16,546 bases of DNA from IMG/VR virus record IMGVR_UViG_3300033692_000041; one strand, written 5' to 3'. The translations under genes and the position numbers were made by a program. The first letter of the stretch is position 1. Each line of letters opens with the position of its first letter. Positions 6,825 through 13,683 of the stretch are shown here, one piece after another. Source of the DNA: a virus. The notes below the pieces were generated by a model. It searched no databases and was not told where the DNA came from. It saw only the letters and a program-made list of their open reading frames with translations.

Positions 6825-7030
6825 ATAATAGTCGGAGTTTCCCGAGGCCTTAAAAAAGAGAGAGTTTGCTGACACGGTTATGCGTGCGAGACTAAAACTT
6901 AACAAAACTTCACATTGAGAGACTTACAAAAGCTTACATTGGATACCTGAAAAAACCTGAGATTGAATAAAAATTATAAAGAGTTTGGTAACACGACAAC
7001 ATGCGTGGGAATGTTTACATATGTTGACAT

Positions 7031-7348
7031 TTGAAAGTAAAGGAGGTGATTGTTATCGAGTCTAAACAGGTAAAGGTTAAGGGAAAAGATTACTTAATCA
7101 AAAACCCTGGTGCCAGATGGGTCATAAAATTAGACGATGAATTAAAGCACAAAGGCGAAAACTTCGGTTCGTATGATTTAAAAGATTTCTCTGACAGGCT
7201 GCTGAATAAAGCAGTTGACGGTGATCTGCCAGCTGATGAAGAAGTGCAGGAAGAATTATTTAATGAGACATTGAAATTTATTGGTTTGTCGATAAAAGAG
7301 GAAACTATTGACGGTGAAAAGATAATGTATTTTGACTTTGAGCCTTAA
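7031..7348 (+). CDS. Hypothetical protein, tail-assembly-chaperone-like by size and position
   Basis: 105-aa ORF immediately upstream of the tape-measure-like gene. The track start is a TTG at 7031, but the strong SD AGGAGG (7041-7046) lies inside the ORF, so the true start is uncertain. The product call rests on position only. Confidence 0.6.
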   Translation: MKVKEVIVIESKQVKVKGKDYLIKNPGARWVIKLDDELKHKGENFGSYDLKDFSDRLLNKAVDGDLPADEEVQEELFNETLKFIGLSIKEETIDGEKIMYFDFEP

Positions 7349-7372
7349 TAGATTACAGAGAGGTGTTTAGTT

Positions 7373-9892
7373 ATGACAGGAGGTTCACAGAGAAGTTTAC
7401 ATTTCAAAGTTGGATTCGGAATTAATGACAGGCCACTCACTCAGGCCGATAGACGAGTTGATGATTTTAAGCAGAGTGTGGTCAGGGCTACTGACAGAAT
7501 GGGAGCCTTAGAGAGAAAAGCATATACTGCTGGCCGAGCTATGTCCAATGCTTTCGGTGGGGTTAAAAGAGCAATGGGTCGAGGGATTGCATTACTTGAA
7601 AGATATCGATACCAGTTAGGATTGATAGCTGGTGCGGGGATAGCTGCTATAGGAAAATCGGTGTTCAGTGCTGGTGATGCCAGGGAAACAGTTAATAAAT
7701 TCAATGTTGTATTTGGTGAGGTGTCTGATCAAACGAAAGATTGGGCTGATAAATATTCAAATCAGATTGGGCGTTCAAAATATGCGACAATGGACTGGCT
7801 CAACAGCTTTCAAGATGTTCTGGTACCAATGGGACTTGCCAGAGATGAAGCAGCTGCACTTTCCAAAGATATGGTTACTTTAGCAGCTGACTTAGGTTCC
7901 TTCAACAATGTTGGTACAGCAGAAGCGGCCAGAGGAATGCAGTCAGCTTTAGTTGGAAACCACGAAGCGGTTAGAATGTTAGGTGCTCAGCTCAATGAAG
8001 AGAATCTTAATGCTAGAGCTGCAGCAATGGGTTTTAAGGAAAACTTTGCTCAACTAGACAGCTTATCGAAAATGCAAATTAGATACCAAGAAATAATTGC
8101 TCAATCTCAAGATTCAATAGGCGATGCAACAAGGACTGCAATGGAATGGAATAATCAGGTTCAGAGATTCAAGGGAACTATTCGAGATGTTTCGATCGCA
8201 ATGGGTTTTAATTTCATACCGAGATTCACAGAGGGACTAATAGTAGTTAATGATTTTTTAGATAGAATAGAACAGAGCGAGAAGCTCACGGCAGCAGCCA
8301 GATTTTTCACTATTGGTGTTGCGATAACTGGAATAGCTGCAGCAATCGGAATGGTAAGCTCTGTTTGGCCTGCAATAGCTGCTATATTTAGCATTCAGGG
8401 TTTTGCTATAGCTGGTGCAGTAACAGGCCTAGTTCTTTTATTGGAAGACTTGTGGGTTGGTTTAAATGGTGGAGAGGCTGTTTTAAGTCCACTGATAGAC
8501 TTCACCAAAGAATATAAAAATGAGGTATTGGCTGTAGCTGGAGTAATAACGGCATTTTTTGCACCTGCAATATATTCTACAGCAATGCCAGCAGTCGGAG
8601 CGTTCGCTACAAGTTTATTTGTAAAGGGTAAAATAGCCTTAACCTCCTTTGCAAGTGGAATTTGGACTGCTATAACGGCCTCATTCGCTTTTTGGAAGGC
8701 TTTAATTACTAAAGCTGTTGTTGGTGTGGCAAGTTTTGCTACTTCGGTAGCTGGGGCTGCCTGGACTGCAGCAACTACCTTTGTTGGAGCAATAGGTTCA
8801 GCGATTACGGCAACATTATCATTTACAGCTGCACTGTTGGCTAACCCTATAACTTGGGTAGTGATAGGGATTGCTGCTTTAGGTGCTGCACTCTATACTT
8901 TGTATAAAAATTGGGATACAGTGAGTGCGTTTCTAACCAATACCTGGAATTCGTTTATTGATACTCTTTCAGCTGGTGTCAGCTGGATAAAAGAGAAATT
9001 TATTAACCTGCTGCCTGATGTTGACATGCCGAGCCTGCCAGATATAGCTGCTGGAATAAAGAATAAATTTAATGAGGCTGTTCAATGGGTAAAAGAGAAT
9101 CCGCTGACAGTAGTTAGATTCTTAGTTCCTGCAGTCAATCTCCCAGATATAATAAATAAGATTTACGAGGCTGGAAGGCAATTCATAAAGGACAAAACAG
9201 GGTTAGAACTGCCTGCCTTAAAACTACCTACACTGCCTGATTTGGTGGGAGCAGTCAAAGGGGTTTGGAATAAGGGTAAAGAGTTTGTGGCTGGCCTGAA
9301 TCCTTTTAAATTTCCTGATATACCTGATTTACCTGATCCAATAGCAAAGATTGATGAGTGGTCAGCTAGAATAAAAAGTAAATTAAGCAATATAGATTTT
9401 GGATCTGCTTTAAAGACTGCTATTGAAAATGCTATGGATAAACTGCCAGGCTGGATGCAGGGAATGGCTAAGAAAGTAATGGACTATCTGCCTCAATCAC
9501 CCGCGAAAGTGGGACCATTGAGCCAGTTAGACAGGGTAGGACCAGGACTCACTCAAACCATTGGAAAAGGTGTCGATAAGTCCAGAGAGCAAGTTACTGG
9601 ACCATTAAGCAGCATGTGGAATGAGTCAATGATTGCTGAGCCTAAAACTATTGTTAAAGATTATAACCCGATGACAGGTATATCTGACAGTGGTTTTGGA
9701 AATAGTAAGTCTGTAACCACGAATAATTATAATAACAGCAATTCTCAGCAGCAAAGGTCAGTGAAAAAAGTGGATAAGATTGAAATTATTGTTCAGGACT
9801 CTGGGGATAGCAAGCAGACTGCTATTGATGTCAGAAAAGAAATTGAAAAATATTTTGACGGAGAGGCCACGGCATCTTTAGCCAGTAGTTAA
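7373..9892 (+). CDS. Phage tail tape-measure-like protein (PhageMin_Tail / TP901-type core)
   Basis: NKFNVVFGEVSDQTKDWADKYSNQIGRSKY..., LAADLGSFNN, SALVGNHEAVRMLGAQLNEENL, and KMQIRYQEIIAQSQDSIGDATRTAMEWNNQVQRF are typical of tape-measure core regions. There is a long Ala/Gly-rich multi-helix hydrophobic centre. SD is GAGAGGTG. Confidence 0.85.
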   Translation: MTGGSQRSLHFKVGFGINDRPLTQADRRVDDFKQSVVRATDRMGALERKAYTAGRAMSNAFGGVKRAMGRGIALLERYRYQLGLIAGAGIAAIGKSVFSAGDARETVNKFNVVFGEVSDQTKDWADKYSNQIGRSKYATMDWLNSFQDVLVPMGLARDEAAALSKDMVTLAADLGSFNNVGTAEAARGMQSALVGNHEAVRMLGAQLNEENLNARAAAMGFKENFAQLDSLSKMQIRYQEIIAQSQDSIGDATRTAMEWNNQVQRFKGTIRDVSIAMGFNFIPRFTEGLIVVNDFLDRIEQSEKLTAAARFFTIGVAITGIAAAIGMVSSVWPAIAAIFSIQGFAIAGAVTGLVLLLEDLWVGLNGGEAVLSPLIDFTKEYKNEVLAVAGVITAFFAPAIYSTAMPAVGAFATSLFVKGKIALTSFASGIWTAITASFAFWKALITKAVVGVASFATSVAGAAWTAATTFVGAIGSAITATLSFTAALLANPITWVVIGIAALGAALYTLYKNWDTVSAFLTNTWNSFIDTLSAGVSWIKEKFINLLPDVDMPSLPDIAAGIKNKFNEAVQWVKENPLTVVRFLVPAVNLPDIINKIYEAGRQFIKDKTGLELPALKLPTLPDLVGAVKGVWNKGKEFVAGLNPFKFPDIPDLPDPIAKIDEWSARIKSKLSNIDFGSALKTAIENAMDKLPGWMQGMAKKVMDYLPQSPAKVGPLSQLDRVGPGLTQTIGKGVDKSREQVTGPLSSMWNESMIAEPKTIVKDYNPMTGISDSGFGNSKSVTTNNYNNSNSQQQRSVKKVDKIEIIVQDSGDSKQTAIDVRKEIEKYFDGEATASLASS

Positions 9893-9903
9893 AAGAAAAT
9901 CGC

Positions 9904-9926
9904 GAGGGGAGAAATCCCCTCTTTTT
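9904..9926 (+). terminator. Rho-independent terminator after the tape-measure-like gene
   Basis: GAGGGGA (9904-9910), GAAA loop, TCCCCTC (9915-9921), then TTTTT. Confidence 0.8.
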
Positions 9927-9970
9927 ACTGATAGATAGCATAAATCTTAAATAAAAAGAGATGTGATTAT

Positions 9971-10444
9971 ATGCAGGAGGAACTGACAAATCATGCAGAT
10001 GTGGCTGACCATTTAAAATGCTATTTTAGTGGTGAGTTGGAAAAATCAATTAGACGGCTTAAGAGGCTGGTTGAAAGGGAATTCCCTGAGGACTATTATT
10101 GCACGGTAAACGCTGTTAATCTGACACCTGGGAGGTCAAGTAATAGCACTGGTCATGCTGATTTTACGGCTTCAAGGGCAATTCATTTGGCTGATATTAG
10201 ATTAACCAGGAAAAGAATTTATAAAAAGCATGTTGAACTGAGAGAAGGTATTAAAAAACAGCTGGAAAAGTATGATCAGGAAGTCATTGACCTATTAAAA
10301 GCCGATTTAGGACTTATTCAGGCCACTAAAACAGAGATAGTGAGTGCAGCAAGTTTTGGTTACAGCAAATCAAGAGTGATATTAAGTCAGGTTTTAAAAG
10401 AATTAAGCACTGTAATTAGGAGGATTTTTGATGAATGCGATTGA
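9971..10444 (+). CDS. ArpU/RinA-like putative late transcriptional activator
   Basis: 157-aa ORF. Its layout resembles RinA/ArpU proteins: an N-terminal helix, a central NLTPGRSSNSTGHADFTASRA segment, and a C-terminal HTH-like TEIVSAASFGYSKSRVILSQVLKEL. Assignment is from remembered family features only. Confidence 0.45.
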   Translation: MQEELTNHADVADHLKCYFSGELEKSIRRLKRLVEREFPEDYYCTVNAVNLTPGRSSNSTGHADFTASRAIHLADIRLTRKRIYKKHVELREGIKKQLEKYDQEVIDLLKADLGLIQATKTEIVSAASFGYSKSRVILSQVLKELSTVIRRIFDECD

Positions 10445-10709
10445 AATCTTAGAAAATTACACAGATTTAAAGACAAAAAAAGAGCTTTTAGAATGCCAGG
10501 GGAAAGATAATTCAGAGCTGGAGGCTCAAATTAAATCTTATAACATAATTAAAAATTCATTATCTGAGAGAAAACAGAAAGTTTTGGAGCTGTATTTTGA
10601 GAAAGAGCACGAATATTATCGAATAGCAAGTGAAATTGGTTATAGTGTCAGCACTGTAAAAAGGGATATTAACGCAATCAAGTCAGAATTCAAGAAATAT
10701 TTGGACTGA
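10431..10709 (+). CDS. Sigma-70 region-4-like / RinA C-terminal-like HTH protein
   Basis: LSERKQKVLELYFEKEHEYYRIASEIGYSVSTVKRDINAIKSEF resembles a sigma region 4 HTH. AGGAGG lies 7 nt before the ATG at 10431. The gene overlaps the previous gene by 14 nt. Confidence 0.6.
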   Translation: MNAIEILENYTDLKTKKELLECQGKDNSELEAQIKSYNIIKNSLSERKQKVLELYFEKEHEYYRIASEIGYSVSTVKRDINAIKSEFKKYLD

Positions 10710-10879
10710 GAGAGGTCAGAGAAATAAAAAGTATGTAGATTTACCCATCTTAGAAAAACTTTTGCCTTATAGAGCCTCTGTAATAGCAGAGAATGACAGG
10801 TATTAAAGCATTTTAAGCATAGGGTGTTATATTGCCCTTTAAAATAAATATGGTCATAATAATAACTACCCTCTTGCTG

Positions 10880-10912
10880 GTGTCCGAATAAAAATCGGGC
10901 ACTTTACTTGTT
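10880..10912 (+). terminator. Weak terminator-like hairpin
   Basis: GTGTCCGA (10880-10887) pairs with TCGGGCAC (10895-10902), with one G-U pair. It is followed by an interrupted T-run, TTTACTTGTTTA. Confidence 0.35.
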
Positions 10913-10975
10913 TATGCAGGAATTACAGGTATTATTGACTAATAATAAGCATAAGGAGGAAAAGGAGGGTTAAAA

Positions 10976-11425
10976 ATGGAGGAATTAACTATCAAGGCAG
11001 CTGCTGAATACTATGGAAAAAGTGAGTCCTGGATAAGAAAAAGAATACTTTCAGGCGAATTGGAGGCAGAAAAAAGACCTTTTCAGTATGGAGAAAGATG
11101 GATCACAACAGAAAAAGCACTGGACGATCTAGCAGAGAGACTGAATGAGCAGGCAAAAATGCAAAAAGACTCAGTGAATATCAGAGAAGTTTCAAAGCCA
11201 ATAGGAAAAGAGCAATTTATCAATGAACTTATTGAGGCCACTGAGTCGAAAAATAAAGAAATGATAGATGATGCACTTAATAAAGTAAGTGAGCAGTTTA
11301 AGCAGCAAAACAAACAGCTGCAGCAACAAAACGAGTTGATCAATAAATTATATGAGAAATTGGACCGAGTGGAGAAAAAGCAGGATAAGAGCCTATTCGA
11401 CAAAATAAAACATTTTTTTAAGTGA
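10976..11425 (+). CDS. MerR/excisionase-type HTH protein with a coiled-coil tail
   Basis: LTIKAAAEYYGKSESWIRKRILSGELEAEK is HTH_17-like. The C-terminal half is Gln/Lys/Glu-rich with a heptad-like pattern. SD is AAGGAGG. The function (regulator, small-terminase-like or centromere binder) is unresolved. Confidence 0.7.
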   Translation: MEELTIKAAAEYYGKSESWIRKRILSGELEAEKRPFQYGERWITTEKALDDLAERLNEQAKMQKDSVNIREVSKPIGKEQFINELIEATESKNKEMIDDALNKVSEQFKQQNKQLQQQNELINKLYEKLDRVEKKQDKSLFDKIKHFFK

Positions 11426-11474
11426 TTCGTTATTCTGGCCACAGATAGCGGTAGCTGATTAATAATTCTACCTG

Positions 11475-11508
11475 AGGCAGTAAAAAGTTAATCTAAACTT
11501 TTCTGCCT
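11475..11508 (+). terminator. Long hairpin downstream of the 149-aa gene
   Basis: AGGCAG-TA-AAAAGTT / AACTTTT-CTGCCT gives about 13 bp with a 2-nt bulge. No clean T-run follows, so terminator function is uncertain. Confidence 0.35.
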
Positions 11509-11510
11509 AT

Positions 11511-11590
11511 GCTCATTTTGGTAGTTTTACAATTGAACAGGTAAAACTTTCGCCCAAAATTGTGCTAAAGGGGTGCGTGTTTTATACATA
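11511..11590 (+). repeat. Intergenic repeat module copy 3 (diverged, with an insertion)
   Basis: GCTCATTTTG (11511-11520) and later TTGTGCTAAAGGGGTGCGTG parallel copies 1 and 2, but with about 20 extra bases between the two halves. Confidence 0.4.
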
Positions 11591-11742
11591 CCCTTAAAAT
11601 TAATTTGTTCAGCTGCCAATGGTCTAATATTTACTTGAAATTCATTTCGGGGAGGAAATAGCTTTTTATTGCTATAATTTAGAAATAGATAACAAAAAGA
11701 GGATATTTAAGGAAAAATTAGGGTATAAAAAATAAATTAAAA

Positions 11743-11771
11743 TTGACTAAAAACAGCTATAAACCTATGAT
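11743..11771 (+). promoter_or_regulatory. Promoter-like TTGACT - 17 nt - TATGAT
   Basis: The hexamers and spacing were counted by hand. The site lies in a 541-bp AT-rich spacer, so a chance match is possible. Confidence 0.35.
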
Positions 11772-11907
11772 ATGAAAGGGATTACAGCACTTTTGCAATA
11801 ATTTCGGAAAATGATTCTTTTACGAAGTTTTTTACTCTAAGTTACACAATAAGTATATATAATTACTTTAGAAGAAACAAAGCGAAACAAAAAGTTTATA
11901 ATATTAC

Positions 11908-11936
11908 TTGATATTACACAAAACTACTGATATAAT
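11908..11936 (+). promoter_or_regulatory. Promoter TTGATA - 17 nt - TATAAT upstream of the 55-aa HTH gene
   Basis: TTGATA at 11908-11913 and TATAAT at 11931-11936, 30 nt before the ATG at 11967. Confidence 0.55.
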
Positions 11937-11966
11937 GATTTTAAATTAAATATTGGAGGTGTAAAC

Positions 11967-12134
11967 ATGGAAGTTTTTTCAGCCGAGGAAGCAGCCGAAA
12001 TTCTCAAAGTCAGTAAGAGAACTGTTTATAATGAAATAAAAAGAGGGAATTTAAAAGCGAAAAAAGTCGGCAATAGATACAGAATCCTTAAATCAGAGAT
12101 TGAAAATTATATGAGAGATACTGAAAATAATTAA
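11967..12134 (+). CDS. Excisionase-family (HTH_17) DNA-binding protein, 55 aa
   Basis: MEVFSAEEAAEILKVSKRTVYNEIKRGNLKAKKVGNRYRILKSEIENYM is the classic excisionase/AlpA-type HTH pattern. SD is GGAGGTG. The ORF is below the track cutoff. Confidence 0.75.
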   Translation: MEVFSAEEAAEILKVSKRTVYNEIKRGNLKAKKVGNRYRILKSEIENYMRDTENN

Positions 12135-12233
12135 TTTTTTAGATGTCTATAACATTATATTTTTGGCCAGCAAAATTAAATACTGACATTTCAAAAGAAT
12201 AAATTGCACCTATATAGCCAAACAGGGTAAATA

Positions 12234-12269
12234 GGTAGATATTGAGCTCTACATGGTAGATATGGAGCT
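12234..12269. repeat. Two 15-bp direct repeats at a 21-bp period
   Basis: GGTAGATATTGAGCT (12234-12248) and GGTAGATATGGAGCT (12255-12269) differ at one position. Confidence 0.7.
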
Positions 12270-12402
12270 TGAAACCCCCTCCAGGTTGAATTTAAGATAC
12301 CCTTTTTCTGTTTTAAAGGTACTCAAACATTAAATAAACCACTTATTTTTTTGTTCTGACAAATTTATAATCTGATTCTATTTCAAAACATAAATTTTAG
12401 GA

Positions 12403-12445
12403 GGCTGCTGGGCTGCTTTGCCCAGGAGAAAGAAGTGCAGCAGCC
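12403..12445 (+). other. GC-rich nested hairpin in the leader of the small-protein operon
   Basis: GGCTGCTG (12403-12410) pairs with CAGCAGCC (12438-12445). This encloses GGGC-TGCTTT-GCCC (12410-12423). It is a local GC island within AT-rich DNA. Confidence 0.45.
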
Positions 12446-12537
12446 GAAAGACAAATAAAAGAATCGCCCAAACCCCACCCGAAAATACTGGAAGTGAAAT
12501 CGGGTTCACACTCAAAAAATAATTAAGGAGGATTAAG

Positions 12538-12972
12538 ATGAGCAGAAAAATCGGTCGAACTAAAGAAAACGAATTAATAAAAGTTTATTCTGCAGCTGAA
12601 AAATATGTTGTTGATATTGATGAGGTAACTATCGGCCAGTTTGATACACCAGGAGAAGCCGAGGAAGTGGCAAAAGTCGAAATGCTAAGGAGCTACGGCC
12701 TTGATTATGAACAGGCCAGAGAAATTGTCGGCTCAAATATAATTATCAGCTATAACTTTCTGAAAGACTGGAAAGAAAAGACTGATCAGAAAGTTGAGAT
12801 AGTCCAAGAGGGCAACAAGTGGGTAACTAAAATAAACGGTGCTCCCAGAGGTGAATCCGATACCAAAGAAGATGCTGAAAGAACTGCTGATTTTATTCTT
12901 GTATCAAAACAGCACCCAAAATGGACTGTGCAGCAGTGTTGGGATTATGTAGATCAGGAAAGAGGGAGCTGA
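12538..12972 (+). CDS. Hypothetical protein (144 aa) with two AP2-like segments
   Basis: SD is AAGGAGG. KYVVDIDEVTIGQFDTPGEAEEVAKV and KWVTKINGAPRGESDTKEDAERTADF both resemble the strand-G-x-F-x-T-x-E-E-A helix pattern of AP2-type DNA-binding domains. This is a weak call made by eye. Confidence 0.7.
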   Translation: MSRKIGRTKENELIKVYSAAEKYVVDIDEVTIGQFDTPGEAEEVAKVEMLRSYGLDYEQAREIVGSNIIISYNFLKDWKEKTDQKVEIVQEGNKWVTKINGAPRGESDTKEDAERTADFILVSKQHPKWTVQQCWDYVDQERGS

Positions 12973-12986
12973 AAGGAGGTGAGAAT

Positions 12987-13316
12987 TTGCTGAAACAAAC
13001 TTATTATTTACAGCTTTTAGTAACAGCTGTTGAAAATGTAGTTGATGCCTATGATATTGTCGAGGAGCCAGACTTTAATAGTGATATACAGCGAGAAATT
13101 CAAAAAATCGCAATGAAAACTGGTGAATCAGTCTTATTTGAGACAGAAATTAATGCTGAACTAATGAGCCTGAATTACAAGCTGGGTCATTTAAACAGAG
13201 TTGAGAGTATAATTAATGATATGAAAGAGGAAATTGAAGGGAAAAGGACCGAACTCATTGATGAGCTGAATCTTGACATTGAAAAGGAGGTGAGAAATGC
13301 TAAGAATAAAAAGTAG
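12987..13316 (+). CDS. Acidic hypothetical protein (109 aa)
   Basis: AGGAGGTG lies 5-6 nt before the TTG at 12987. The track extension back to 12921 overlaps the previous gene and lacks an SD. Confidence 0.65.
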   Translation: MLKQTYYLQLLVTAVENVVDAYDIVEEPDFNSDIQREIQKIAMKTGESVLFETEINAELMSLNYKLGHLNRVESIINDMKEEIEGKRTELIDELNLDIEKEVRNAKNKK

Positions 13317-13458
13317 AATTCATGACAGAAAAACTGGTGAGATAATTAGTGAGGAAATTACAGACGAAGTTCCAGACATCACTTTAGAAGAACTCAATCG
13401 GCCACTGGCTGAAATAATCTATAACAGGATCAAGGAAAAGAGAAAAAATAAAAATTAA
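13297..13458 (+). CDS. Small hypothetical protein (53 aa)
   Basis: AAAGGAGGTG lies before the ATG at 13297. The gene overlaps the previous gene by 20 nt. Product is MLRIKSRIHDRKTGEIISEEITDEVPDITLEELNRPLAEIIYNRIKEKRKNKN. Confidence 0.5.
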   Translation: MLRIKSRIHDRKTGEIISEEITDEVPDITLEELNRPLAEIIYNRIKEKRKNKN

Positions 13459-13473
13459 AGGTGGGATTTTAAG

Positions 13474-13641
13474 TTGGAGATTATTAAAACTGAATTTGAA
13501 GATGTCGAAGCATTTGTTTATACCAGTGATTACAATAATAAATTTTTAACAGTCAGTAATGATCTGGATAAATCAAGGGTAGAAGAAATTAAGGAAGAGG
13601 CAAAAGATAAAGATTATCACATATGGACAAAAAAAGACTAA
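13474..13641 (+). CDS. Small acidic hypothetical protein (55 aa)
   Basis: AAAGGTGGGA lies 7 nt before the TTG at 13474. Product is (M)EIIKTEFEDVEAFVYTSDYNNKFLTVSNDLDKSRVEEIKEEAKDKDYHIWTKKD. Confidence 0.45.
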   Translation: MEIIKTEFEDVEAFVYTSDYNNKFLTVSNDLDKSRVEEIKEEAKDKDYHIWTKKD

Positions 13642-13683
13642 ATATGACATAAAAAGACATTAAACTAAAAGGAGAGATTCAAA

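Noticed and set aside
6681-6905. Minus-strand 74-aa ORF in the long spacer
   Set aside because: It has no SD or promoter context, runs antisense to the general gene direction, and its composition is not protein-like. The region is better treated as regulatory or RNA.
7024-7029. Consensus TTGACA as the -35 of a promoter for the 7031 ORF
   Set aside because: The sequence 17-18 nt downstream (TGATTG) is not -10-like, and the transcript would start inside or after the SD.
7300-7372. Programmed -1 frameshift (G/GT type) between the chaperone-like ORF and the tape-measure gene
   Set aside because: I saw no slippery heptamer. The ORF ends in a double stop, TAATAG, and only 24 nt separate it from the tape-measure start, so there is no room for an extension.
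7441-9390. ORFs 7441-7704(-), 7668-7883(+), 8161-8394(-) and 9163-9390(-)
   Set aside because: All are nested in the tape-measure-like gene. Ala/Gly-rich coding sequence commonly opens alternative frames.
11083-11442. Minus-strand 119-aa ORF
   Set aside because: It is antisense to the HTH and coiled-coil gene. The Ser/Cys/Leu-rich product is the mirror of a Gln/Lys/Glu-rich coiled coil.
11766-11801. 9-aa ORF ATGAAAGGGATTACAGCACTTTTGCAATAA right after the TATGAT -10
   Set aside because: The ATG lies directly after the -10 hexamer, upstream of any plausible start site. It has no SD and is too short to support.
12921-12986. Upstream extension of the 12987 ORF, using the track start at 12921
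   Set aside because: The extension overlaps the end of the previous gene by 52 nt and has no SD. The TTG at 12987 sits 5-6 nt after AGGAGGTG.
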